Position numbers and translations under genes: made by a program
Source of the DNA: an uncultured Clostridia bacterium
GTDB taxonomy: Bacteria; Bacillota; Clostridia; TANB77; CAG-508
NCBI GenBank assembly: GCA_947626875.1
Contig: CANQTV010000005.1
Coordinates: 36,715 to 68,714, forward strand
Direction: 5' to 3'
DNA: 32,000 nucleotides
Notes under the pieces: model-generated
Database searches by the model: none
What the model was told of the DNA's origin: nothing
Seen by the model: only the letters and a program-made list of their open reading frames with translations
Part shown: positions 1-7,684 of the stretch, in pieces
Position numbering within the stretch: the first letter of the stretch is position 1
How the letters are laid out: every line of letters starts with the position of its first letter

Positions 1-77
1 CATTTCCTATTAGTTTATAATTAAATTTATATTTTTGTCTTATTTTTGATTTTCATGCTTCATTTTATTTTTGAATT

Positions 78-1388
78 TTATTTTCCTAAACAGAATTTTG
101 AAAAAATTTCATCAATAATATCTTCAGTCACAACTTCACCTGTAATATTACTCAAATTCTCTAAAATTTCTCTTAAATAAATTGCAATAATATCTAATGG
201 CATGTTTTGTTCTAAAGCTTCCTCCACTTTTTTACAACTTTGCAAAGCCTTATTAATAAAATTTTTATGGCGTACATTCGTAATTGTTAAACTATTATCC
301 ACATTTATTTTGTCAAAAGAAAATAATTCTCTAATCGCATTATATAATGCTTCTACTCCCTCCTGATTCTTCATAGACATATCAATAATATATTCTGAAG
401 CACTTGCAATTTCTGGCGTTTCAGCATTAATTTTTTGACTTAAATCAATTTTATTTAGCACAACAATTGCTGTTTTTCCTTTTATAAGTTTCAAAATTTC
501 TTTATCTTCATCTGTTAATTCTTGACTACTATCAAAAATAGCAATCAATAAATCCGCATTTTGCGCTATATCTCTTGATTTTTCAATTCCAATTCTTTCT
601 ACTTCATCCTTTGCTTCACGAATACCAGCAGTATCAATTAATTTTAATGGTATTCCCTCAATAGTAATAAATTCTTCTATAGTGTCTCGCGTTGTACCTG
701 CTATTTCCGTAACGATTGCACGTTCTTCTTGTAACATAGTATTTAATAAAGATGATTTACCTGCATTGGGTCTACCTATAATAGCAGTTTTTATTCCTTC
801 TTTTAAAATTTTACCATTATCAAAACTACTCTCTAATTGGCTTAAATCATAAGAAACCTGTTCTATCATTTTTTGAATTTCTTGATGATTTACCTCCTCT
901 AAATCATATTCTGGATAATCAATATCAACTTCAATATTAACCATTACATCCATAATTTTTTGCTTAATATCATGTATCTTTTTAGAAAGTCTCCCCTCTA
1001 ATGCTTGCATTCCAGTTTTCAATTCTTTTTCTGATTTTGCCTCAATAATATCAATAACAGATTCTGCTTGCAATAAATCAATTCTACCATTTAAAAAAGC
1101 CTTTTTTGTAAATTCCCCCGGTTCGGCCAATTCTGCACCATTTTGCAAGCATAATTCCAAAATTTTTCGCACAATCAATTGACCTCCATGTGTTTGAATT
1201 TCACACATGTTTTCCGTTGTATAGCTTTTGGGCTCTTTAAAATATGAAACTAAAACTTCATCAATAATATTATTATCTTGCATAATATGTCCATATTTAA
1301 TCACATATCCTTTTATATCTTCTATCGCCTGGTTTTGTTTTGGTCTAAAAATTTTTTCTAATACTGTGAAACACTCTTTCCCACTCAT
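78..1388 (-). CDS. mnmE: tRNA modification GTPase MnmE (TrmE). Only the in-frame body is given here. The true N-terminus (ATG at 1449) is in another frame; see the frameshift finding.
   Basis: 436-aa ORF with G-domain motifs GRPNAGKSSLLN, DTAGIR and NKID, and the C-terminal FCLGK tail. It sits in the conserved position next to jag-yidC at the origin. Confidence 0.9.
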   Translation of the reverse strand: MSGKECFTVLEKIFRPKQNQAIEDIKGYVIKYGHIMQDNNIIDEVLVSYFKEPKSYTTENMCEIQTHGGQLIVRKILELCLQNGAELAEPGEFTKKAFLNGRIDLLQAESVIDIIEAKSEKELKTGMQALEGRLSKKIHDIKQKIMDVMVNIEVDIDYPEYDLEEVNHQEIQKMIEQVSYDLSQLESSFDNGKILKEGIKTAIIGRPNAGKSSLLNTMLQEERAIVTEIAGTTRDTIEEFITIEGIPLKLIDTAGIREAKDEVERIGIEKSRDIAQNADLLIAIFDSSQELTDEDKEILKLIKGKTAIVVLNKIDLSQKINAETPEIASASEYIIDMSMKNQEGVEALYNAIRELFSFDKINVDNSLTITNVRHKNFINKALQSCKKVEEALEQNMPLDIIAIYLREILENLSNITGEVVTEDIIDEIFSKFCLGK

Positions 1389-1461
1389 TCTAACAATACC
1401 TATTCCACCAATTCCGTGGAGCAGTTGAAATAGATGCTATTACACTCATAAAAATCCCTCC

Positions 1462-1511
1462 AAAAAAGTCAAAGATATAGAATTTACATACTGTAAAATC
1501 CGACCTTTGAC
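1462..1511 (-). terminator. Terminator-like or attenuator hairpin between jag and mnmE
   Basis: On the minus strand GTCAAAG (1511-1505) pairs with CTTTGAC (1474-1468), followed by TTTTTT. The interior is about 30 nt and contains the small palindrome TTACA-GTA-TGTAA. Confidence 0.3.
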
Positions 1512-1527
1512 CTCCGATTTTTCCTAT

Positions 1528-2220
1528 TTATTTTCTTTTTAACGAAACAACCACTTTTCTATGTGGTTCTTCACCTATACTAACAGTCTCTACCTTTGGA
1601 TGATTTTGTAATTGGCTATGAATAATTTTTCTTTCATATGGTTGCATTGGCTCTAATGTAACTGATTTTCTTGTTCTAACAACTGTTTTTGCAACTTTTT
1701 GAGCCAATTCTTCTAAAGTTTTTTGTCTCTTTTCTTTATATCCTTCAATATCAAGAATAACACGCATTTTCTGTTCAATTCCTTTTGATGCAACTGATGA
1801 TAAAATTGTTTGCAAAGCATATAACGTTTCTCCTCGATAACCGATTAAATAACCTAATTTTTCATTTTTTAACTGAATATTTATCCCACTTTCACTTGTT
1901 GAAATTTCATATTGAGTACCTTCTGGAAGATATTTAACAAAATCTTCTAAAAATTTCTCTGCATTTTCCTTTGCCTTTTGCTGATTTTCTGGAGATACTA
2001 CAATTTCAGTTTTTTTAGGTCTTTCAACTTCCTTTTTTTCAACATTTTCCTTAACTGTTAATTCTACTTTGACAACACGTGGTGCCAAAATACTAAAAAA
2101 ACTTCTCTTATCATCACTTTCTAATACTTTTATATCAACACAGTCTCTTGAAACATTCAACTGCTTTAATCCATTCTCTATAGCCTCATTTGTGGTTTTT
2201 CCTTCTGCTACAACCGTCAT
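1528..2220 (-). CDS. jag: Jag/KhpB RNA-binding protein (KH + R3H domains)
   Basis: The ORF translation has a KH-like IGYRGETLYALQ segment and a C-terminal R3H-like EPMQPYERKIIH segment. It lies immediately downstream of yidC, as in most Firmicutes. The start is set at MTVVAEGK (ATG 2220) rather than the upstream alternative start in the track. Confidence 0.85.
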   Translation of the reverse strand: MTVVAEGKTTNEAIENGLKQLNVSRDCVDIKVLESDDKRSFFSILAPRVVKVELTVKENVEKKEVERPKKTEIVVSPENQQKAKENAEKFLEDFVKYLPEGTQYEISTSESGINIQLKNEKLGYLIGYRGETLYALQTILSSVASKGIEQKMRVILDIEGYKEKRQKTLEELAQKVAKTVVRTRKSVTLEPMQPYERKIIHSQLQNHPKVETVSIGEEPHRKVVVSLKRK

Positions 2221-2237
2221 CTTGCTCCCCCCTAACA

Positions 2238-3137
2238 TTAATCCTCTTTTTCTTTTAGTGCTATATTTAAAACAATTCTTTCAATAATCATTGTTATATT
2301 ATTTACTAACCAATATAAAGCTAATCCTAGTGGTGCAACTAATGAGATAGAAACTGACATAATAGGCATCATCCAAGACATCATCTTGTTTGTTTGTTCC
2401 ATTGGATCAATTTCTTCTTCTCTGCTTGCCACCAAGCTTTTTTCCTTATCATTTTGTTCTGTTACATCAATAACAGCATCTTTTTTCTTATCTTTTCCTT
2501 GCATATTAGAAACAAGTTTCATTGATACAAATGTAGATAAAATATATAATATAGGAATAATATATACTGTCCAATCTCCTAAATTTTGTTGTGGCACTTT
2601 ACTTAAGTCTAAACCTAGAAAATCCATATTAATTCGATATTTCTCAATATTCTGATCATCTGGATTTTTTTCCTGTAAAAATGCAATCTCTCTAATAATA
2701 TCAATCTCTGGATATGCTGCACTTGTTGTTTTTCCTGCTTCTCTTAATTGTTGTATATGATTATCAATTACATTAGTATCTATTTTTTTCATATAAGTTA
2801 ATGGACATCTTACCATATAAAAAATTGAAATCAATAAAATGAATTGCAGAATTGCTGTAAAACAGCCACTAAATGGACTTATCTTTTCTTCTTTATACAA
2901 ACGCATTAATTCTTGACTCATTTTTTCTTGATCATTTTTATATTTAAATTGCAAAACTTTTATTTTTTCTTGCATTTTAACATTTTTCTTCATCGTTTTT
3001 TGTTGTTTTATAGTAAATGGCAACATCAAAAGTTTTATCAAAATCGTAAATAAAATCATTGCTATACCATAATTATTAACAAATTGATAAATAAAATTTA
3101 AAACATAACCAAATATATTTGCAAAAAATTGAAACAT
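2238..3137 (-). CDS. yidC: Membrane protein insertase YidC/SpoIIIJ/OxaA
   Basis: 299-aa polytopic membrane protein with the typical region LPFTIKQQKTMKKNVKMQEKIK...MSQELMRLYKEEKISPFSGC. Synteny is rnpA-yidD-yidC-jag. The RBS AGGAAGGA lies upstream of the ATG. Confidence 0.9.
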   Translation of the reverse strand: MFQFFANIFGYVLNFIYQFVNNYGIAMILFTILIKLLMLPFTIKQQKTMKKNVKMQEKIKVLQFKYKNDQEKMSQELMRLYKEEKISPFSGCFTAILQFILLISIFYMVRCPLTYMKKIDTNVIDNHIQQLREAGKTTSAAYPEIDIIREIAFLQEKNPDDQNIEKYRINMDFLGLDLSKVPQQNLGDWTVYIIPILYILSTFVSMKLVSNMQGKDKKKDAVIDVTEQNDKEKSLVASREEEIDPMEQTNKMMSWMMPIMSVSISLVAPLGLALYWLVNNITMIIERIVLNIALKEKED

Positions 3138-3304
3138 ATTCTCATTCCTTCCTAAACCAAAGATCTGGTTGGAAAAGAATTAAATTTTGACAAGAATAAT
3201 TTTATTTTGGAGGCAAGGGCGCATACTCTTTGTATGTAACCGCGTCCAAAATGAAATTTGACGTAGTCAAAATTGTAATTATTTTTCAACCTACCTCCTC
3301 CCGA
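3138..3304 (-). promoter_or_regulatory. Long yidC 5' leader with a locally GC-rich, hairpin-forming segment (unclassified)
   Basis: This is a 167-nt yidD-yidC spacer. It contains hairpin AUUUUGAC-UAC-GUCAAAU and the pairing UUUUGGA...UCCAAAA that encloses CAUAC-AAAGA-GUAUG. A further hairpin AACCA-GAUCUU-UGGUU abuts the SD. Part of it is shared with the gyrA leader. Confidence 0.35.
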
Positions 3305-3523
3305 CTATTTTAACGGGTCATATCCACCTTTTGAAAACGGATTGCAACGTAAAAATCTCCATCCACTTAAAAAAATGCCTTTTAAAACCCCATATTTTTC
3401 AATAGCTTGTTTTGCATATTCTGAGCATGTCGGATAATATTTGCATTGTATTTGCTTACTAGCAAACCATACTGATATATGCTTTTGATACCAATTTATG
3501 ATACAAATGAGCAATTTTTTCAT
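3305..3523 (-). CDS. yidD: Membrane protein insertion efficiency factor YidD
   Basis: 72-aa ORF with the conserved [19 protein letters not shown] motif, located between rnpA and yidC. Confidence 0.9.
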   Translation of the reverse strand: MKKLLICIINWYQKHISVWFASKQIQCKYYPTCSEYAKQAIEKYGVLKGIFLSGWRFLRCNPFSKGGYDPLK

Positions 3524-3544
3524 CTTTTTCCCTTTTGAAAAGTT

Positions 3545-3871
3545 TTATATGACTTCTACTTTGTGTAAAATTCTTCCCATATCCATTTTTATATCCTGAA
3601 ATCCTACATTTTTTGGATCTGCCTTTTTATTCCATAAAAATACTATATTATTTCCTACCGTCATTTGATCTTCATAAAAATAATAACTCTCTCTAATCAA
3701 CCTTTTCAATCGATTTCTTCTTACGGATTTGCAGGTTTTAGCGCTAATAGCTAATCCTAAAAAATTAAAAAGTTGTTTTTTATTTTTATATATAAAAACA
3801 ACAATATATTTTCCGAAAAAAGGCTTCCCTTTCGTCAAAACTTTCCTAAATTCATAATTTTTCTTTAACAT
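3545..3871 (-). CDS. rnpA: Ribonuclease P protein component
   Basis: Contains the RNR motif region KSVRRNRLKRLIRE and lies directly downstream of rpmH. The start is chosen at MLKKNYEFRKV; the track ORF extends 15 codons further upstream to 3916. Confidence 0.85.
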   Translation of the reverse strand: MLKKNYEFRKVLTKGKPFFGKYIVVFIYKNKKQLFNFLGLAISAKTCKSVRRNRLKRLIRESYYFYEDQMTVGNNIVFLWNKKADPKNVGFQDIKMDMGRILHKVEVI

Positions 3872-3929
3872 TTTGGTTTTTTTCACTACTACATTTCCCC
3901 TTTGGCAAACAAGCATGAAAAAACGGTTT

Positions 3930-4064
3930 TTATGCTGTCAATTTTTTTCTACCCTTTGCTCTTCTAGCTTTTAATACATTTCTTCCTGCTCTTGTTTTCA
4001 TTCTTTTTCTAAAACCATGTTCCTTTTTTTCTTGTCTATTTTTTGGTTGGAATGTTCTTTTCAT
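3930..4064 (-). CDS. rpmH: 50S ribosomal protein L34
   Basis: Hand translation of the minus strand gives [44 protein letters not shown] (44 aa), which is below the ORF-track size cutoff. A GGAGGTG RBS lies upstream. It is the canonical divergent partner of dnaA. Confidence 0.95.
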   Translation of the reverse strand: MKRTFQPKNRQEKKEHGFRKRMKTRAGRNVLKARRAKGRKKLTA

Positions 4065-4101
4065 ATTTAGCACCTCCTACTGTTTTTTCTCAAGTATATC
4101 G

Positions 4102-4131
4102 ATTATACCTTATTTCCGATAGTGTTGTCAA
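4102..4131 (-). promoter_or_regulatory. Sigma-A type promoter for rpmH-rnpA
   Basis: The minus strand reads TTGACA (4131-4126), an 18-nt spacer, then TATAAT (4107-4102), about 35 nt upstream of the rpmH RBS. Confidence 0.7.
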
Positions 4132-4153
4132 GTGTATTTGTGAATTTTTTTAG

Positions 4154-4204
4154 TTTTCCACAGTTTTTTAAACATTTTTCCACATTTTTATTTTTTTTTC
4201 CACA
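4154..4204. promoter_or_regulatory. DnaA-box cluster upstream of dnaA (three TTTTCCACA boxes)
   Basis: TTTTCCACA occurs at 4154-4162, 4176-4184 and 4196-4204. All three have the same orientation, are spaced 20-22 bp apart, and differ by 1 mismatch from TTATCCACA. Confidence 0.7.
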
Positions 4205-4210
4205 ATCTTA

Positions 4211-4240
4211 TTGACTTTTTTAGTTTTATTTTGTTATGAT
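4211..4240 (+). promoter_or_regulatory. Putative dnaA promoter
   Basis: TTGACT (4211-4216), an 18-nt spacer, then TATGAT (4235-4240) preceded by TGT, which gives an extended -10. Confidence 0.55.
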
Positions 4241-4342
4241 AGGGGCGTACAAAAAAACCTAACTTTTTCTTAGAAAAGCAAGAAAAAATGTTTGTACAAA
4301 AATGAGCTTTTATAACAAAAATATTACAAAGTTATCAACAGT

Positions 4343-4363
4343 TGTGGATAAAACTGTGGATAA
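4343..4363. promoter_or_regulatory. Two perfect DnaA boxes in the dnaA leader (probable autoregulation)
   Basis: TGTGGATAA occurs at 4343-4351 and 4355-4363. This is the reverse complement of the consensus TTATCCACA. Both lie between the putative promoter and the dnaA start. Confidence 0.8.
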
Positions 4364-4386
4364 TTCGATGAAAGGATGTATCGCTT

Positions 4387-5745
4387 ATGGATATTGATAA
4401 AGATGAACTTTTAATAAAAATTAAAGATACCTTAAAAGGTGAAGTTTCAGAAATTTCTTATTCAACATGGATTAGTTCTTTAGGAATACAATCAATTGAA
4501 AATAATCATATTGTTTTTACAACCTTATCAGAATACCAAAGAGATTTTATAGAAACACGTTTCAAAGATTTAATATTTTTTACTTTAAAATATATCACAA
4601 ATAGAGAATTTACATTTTCAGTTCTAGACTTATCTGCAGATGAAAGCAAACAAAAAGAGGGGGAAATCATAAAAGAAAAAAACTCTAACATAACAGAAAC
4701 AGAACTTGAAAACAATCATCAAACACTAAATCCAAAATATACCTTTGAAACATTCGTTGTTGGAAATAATAATCGCTTTGCACATGCAGCAGCATTAGCA
4801 ATTGGAAATCAACCAGGTAATTCATATAATCCTTTATTCCTATATGGAGGAGTAGGATTAGGAAAAACACACTTAATGCAAGCAATCGGAAATAGAATCA
4901 TAGAAGAAAATAAAAAAGCCAATGTACTATATGTAACTTCAGAAAAGTTTACAAATCAACTAATAAACGCTTTAAAAGACAACAAAACTGAAGTATTTCG
5001 TAATAAATATCGTAACATTGATGCTTTACTAATCGATGATATTCAATTTATTGCCGGAAAAGAAAGAATTCAAGAAGAATTTTTCCACACATTTAACACA
5101 TTAAGAGAAGAAGGTAAACAAATTGTAATTTCAAGTGACAAACCACCTAGAGATATTGATTTTCTGGAAGATAGATTAAAATCTAGGTTTGAATGGGGAT
5201 TACTAGCAGACATCTCTTGTCCTGATTATGAAACACGTCTAGCAATCCTAAGAAAAAAAGCACAAGACGAAAAAATCATAGTTGATGATGCAATTCTTTC
5301 AGATATTGCAACAAAAATAGATTCAAATATTAGAGAATTAGAAGGCGTCTTTAATAAAATAGTAGCAAGAGCTTCACTAACACACAGCCCAATCACAATG
5401 GAACAAGCAGAAGTAATTATAAACGAATTCAAACTAAAAAGTGAAAAAGTAATATCTAGTGATTTTATAAAAGAAACAGTTTCAAAATATTTTAGTGTTG
5501 ACAAAAACGATTTAGAAGGAGAAAAACGCTCAAACGATATAGCCTTTCCTAGACAAATTGCAATGTTTTTATGCAGAGAAGTAGCCAATATGTCTTTTCC
5601 ACAAATAGGAAAAGACTTCGGAAATAGAGACCATTCAACAGTTATGCATGCCTATAACAAAATCAAAAAAGAAGTAAGAGACAAAAGCAATACAAAATTA
5701 ATTGTGGAAAGTGTGAAAAACATAATCGTAAGTGATACAGAATAA
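4387..5745 (+). CDS. dnaA: Chromosomal replication initiator protein DnaA
   Basis: 452 aa with Walker A GGVGLGKTHL, Walker B LLIDDIQF, and the C-terminal DNA-binding region FPQIGKDFGNRDHSTVMHA. Confidence 0.97.
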   Translation: MDIDKDELLIKIKDTLKGEVSEISYSTWISSLGIQSIENNHIVFTTLSEYQRDFIETRFKDLIFFTLKYITNREFTFSVLDLSADESKQKEGEIIKEKNSNITETELENNHQTLNPKYTFETFVVGNNNRFAHAAALAIGNQPGNSYNPLFLYGGVGLGKTHLMQAIGNRIIEENKKANVLYVTSEKFTNQLINALKDNKTEVFRNKYRNIDALLIDDIQFIAGKERIQEEFFHTFNTLREEGKQIVISSDKPPRDIDFLEDRLKSRFEWGLLADISCPDYETRLAILRKKAQDEKIIVDDAILSDIATKIDSNIRELEGVFNKIVARASLTHSPITMEQAEVIINEFKLKSEKVISSDFIKETVSKYFSVDKNDLEGEKRSNDIAFPRQIAMFLCREVANMSFPQIGKDFGNRDHSTVMHAYNKIKKEVRDKSNTKLIVESVKNIIVSDTE

Positions 5746-5844
5746 GAACTTGTAAGAACACATTTATTTTTTAAAATTTATGTTTGGAAAAATAATTGTT
5801 TGAGAAAATCAAACAGAGCTTTTCTTACGGAAGTAATACATTCA

Positions 5845-6060
5845 TTATCCACAGCCACCTGTTAATTAGCTGTGAATAAACTGTGAATATTTCAATTTTC
5901 CACAAAATAATTTTTCACATGTTTAAAACTTTAAAAGTTTTCCACTATTTTATACACAACTTTTTTACTACGGATTGTAACTTTCAACATAGTTTTCCAC
6001 AGTTTCCACAGTACCTACTACTACTACTACTAAATATATTATTTATTTTATTATTATATA
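5845..6060. other. oriC, dnaA-dnaN part: DnaA-box cluster, trio repeat and AT-rich unwinding element
   Basis: DnaA boxes: TTATCCACA 5845-5853 (perfect), TGTGAATAA 5871-5879, TGTGAATAT 5882-5890, TTTTCCACA 5896-5904, TTTTTCACA 5911-5919, TTATACACA 5950-5958, TTTTCCACA 5993-6001, GTTTCCACA 6002-6010. These are followed by (CTA)6 at 6015-6032 and then an A/T-only run at 6033-6063. Confidence 0.75.
6015..6032 (-). repeat. DnaA-trio-like trinucleotide repeat, (CTA)6 on plus = (TAG)6 on minus
   Basis: A perfect tandem repeat ctactactactactacta lies 4 nt after two tandem DnaA boxes and just before an AT-only stretch. Confidence 0.6.
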
Positions 6061-6075
6061 AAAGGAGGAACGAAA

Positions 6076-7194
6076 ATGAAATTTTCATGTTATAAAGACA
6101 AAATGCTAAAAGCAATTAACTCAGTTGTAAGAGGTGTAGCCTCAAAAACAACAATGCCTATACTAGAAGGAATATTAATACAAACAAATGACAATGAAAT
6201 AAAATTGACAACATATGATTTAGAAATCGGAATCGAATATATTATAGAATGTGATATAAAAGAACAAGGAAGTACAGTAGTAAATGCAATAATGTTTAGT
6301 GAAATTATTAGAAAATTACCAGACACAGAAATTGAAATAACAGTAAATGAAAACAATTTACTAGAAATAGAATGTGAAGGATCACATTACAAACTAGCAA
6401 CAATGAATCCAGACGAATTTCCAGAATTACCAAAAATAGAAATAGAAAATTCAGTAGAAATAGAACAAAATACATTAAAAACAATGATAAGAAAAACAAT
6501 ATTTGCAGTTAGCACAGAAGAAAGTAGACCAATATTCACAGGTTGTTTAATGGAAGTGGAAAACAATAAATTAAATTTAGTAGCAGTAGACGGATTTAGA
6601 TTAGCTTTAAGAAGAATTTATTTAAACAAAAAAACAGAAGATTTTAGTGCAGTAATTCCAGGAAAAACATTAAATGAAGTTAATAAAATTTTATTAGATT
6701 CTTTTGAAACAGTAAAAATAGGAATAGCCAAAAACCAAGCACTATTTGAAATGGACAATTGTAAAGTAGTAACAAGAATATTAGATGGAGAATTTTTAAA
6801 TTATAAAAACGTAATTCCAAGTAATTGGGAAACAAGGATAAAAGTAAATAAAGCAAATTTACAGGATTGCTTTGAAAGAATCAGCTTAATATCATCTTCA
6901 AGTATCGAAAAAGAAAAGAAATATCCAGTAAAAGTACAAGTTGATATAGGAAAAGTAACAATTTCATGTACGAACCAAACAGGAGATGCAAAAGAAGAAC
7001 TATTTTTAACAACAGAAGGGAAAAACTTAGAAGTAGGTTTCAATCCAAAATATTTCTTAGATAGCTTGAAAGTAATAGAAGACGAAGAAGTATATGTTGA
7101 ATTTGGATCAAGTATCTCACCATGTTTAATAAAAGCAATTGAAAATAACGACTATGTATATATGATTTTACCAATCAGAATAAAAGAAGATTAA
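6076..7194 (+). CDS. dnaN: DNA polymerase III beta sliding clamp
   Basis: 372-aa ORF with RBS AAAGGAGG at 6061-6068. The length is typical and the position after dnaA is canonical. The N-terminus MKFSCYKDKMLKAINSV... is typical of DnaN. Confidence 0.97.
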   Translation: MKFSCYKDKMLKAINSVVRGVASKTTMPILEGILIQTNDNEIKLTTYDLEIGIEYIIECDIKEQGSTVVNAIMFSEIIRKLPDTEIEITVNENNLLEIECEGSHYKLATMNPDEFPELPKIEIENSVEIEQNTLKTMIRKTIFAVSTEESRPIFTGCLMEVENNKLNLVAVDGFRLALRRIYLNKKTEDFSAVIPGKTLNEVNKILLDSFETVKIGIAKNQALFEMDNCKVVTRILDGEFLNYKNVIPSNWETRIKVNKANLQDCFERISLISSSSIEKEKKYPVKVQVDIGKVTISCTNQTGDAKEELFLTTEGKNLEVGFNPKYFLDSLKVIEDEEVYVEFGSSISPCLIKAIENNDYVYMILPIRIKED

Positions 7195-7195
7195 G

Positions 7196-7218
7196 AGAGA
7201 CTAAAAAGTCTCTTTTTT
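7196..7218 (+). terminator. Intrinsic terminator after dnaN
   Basis: AGAGAC (7196-7201), loop TAAAAA, GTCTCT (7208-7213), running into a T-run. Confidence 0.55.
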
Positions 7219-7221
7219 ATT

Positions 7222-7640
7222 AATTGAAAAAAGAGAAAAAAAATCTAAAAAAAAGAATAAAAAAGAAAACGAGAGAAAAACAACAAAAAATGTGGAAAAC
7301 ACTTTTAAAAAAATGAAAAAAATCGAAAAAAAAAGTAAAAAAAAGAATAAATTAGAAAAAAAGAGAAAATAAAAATTTTAAACTGTGGAAAACAAACACA
7401 AAAAACAAACCAAAAGTGGAAAATCGAAAAAAATTAAAAAAAATAGATAAAAAAAGAAAAAAAAAGATAAAAAAAGAAAACGACGAAAATCAAAAATAAG
7501 AGAAAAAAATTTTTTAAAAATATAATTTCATTAAAAATAAAAAAAATCGAAAAATTTTAAAAATAAAGAAAAAAATCGAAAAAAATTCTAAAAAAAAGAA
7601 AAAAATCGAAAAAAAGAGATTTTAAAAGATTTTAAAAACT
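7222..7640 (+). repeat. Polypurine A-tract region with degenerate repeats between dnaN and recF
   Basis: The plus strand is almost entirely A/G. AAATCGAAAA cores occur at 7322, 7423, 7546, 7575 and 7605. The 20-mer AAGAAAAAAATCGAAAAAAA is exact at 7566-7585 and 7596-7615. TGTGGAAAA occurs at 7291 and 7384, and AGTGGAAAA at 7415. There is no ORF of 60 aa or more. Confidence 0.7.
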
Positions 7641-7684
7641 AGCCAAAAAAATAAAAAGATGATATAGTAAAAAAGGTGAAAAAC

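Noticed and set aside
1360-1376. parS-like half site (GTGAAACA) inside mnmE
   Set aside because: Only one half of the 16-bp palindrome TGTTNCACGTGAAACA is present; the left half does not match.
1228-1428. 66-aa plus-strand ORF overlapping the mnmE 5' region, plus 2069-2287 and 2386-2655 plus-strand ORFs overlapping jag and yidC
   Set aside because: They are antisense to conserved genes, have no RBS, and show low-complexity hydrophobic composition.
5883-6095. 70-aa plus-strand ORF spanning the dnaA-dnaN spacer
   Set aside because: It lies over the DnaA boxes, the CTA repeat (which it reads as poly-Leu) and the dnaN RBS and start. It is better explained as oriC sequence.
7219-7662. Considered whether the dnaN-recF repeat region is a CRISPR array or a degenerate protein-coding gene
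   Set aside because: The repeats are short, degenerate and irregularly spaced, with no unique spacers and no palindromic repeat unit. Every frame is broken by frequent TAA/TAG stops. It is reported as a repeat or regulatory oddity instead.
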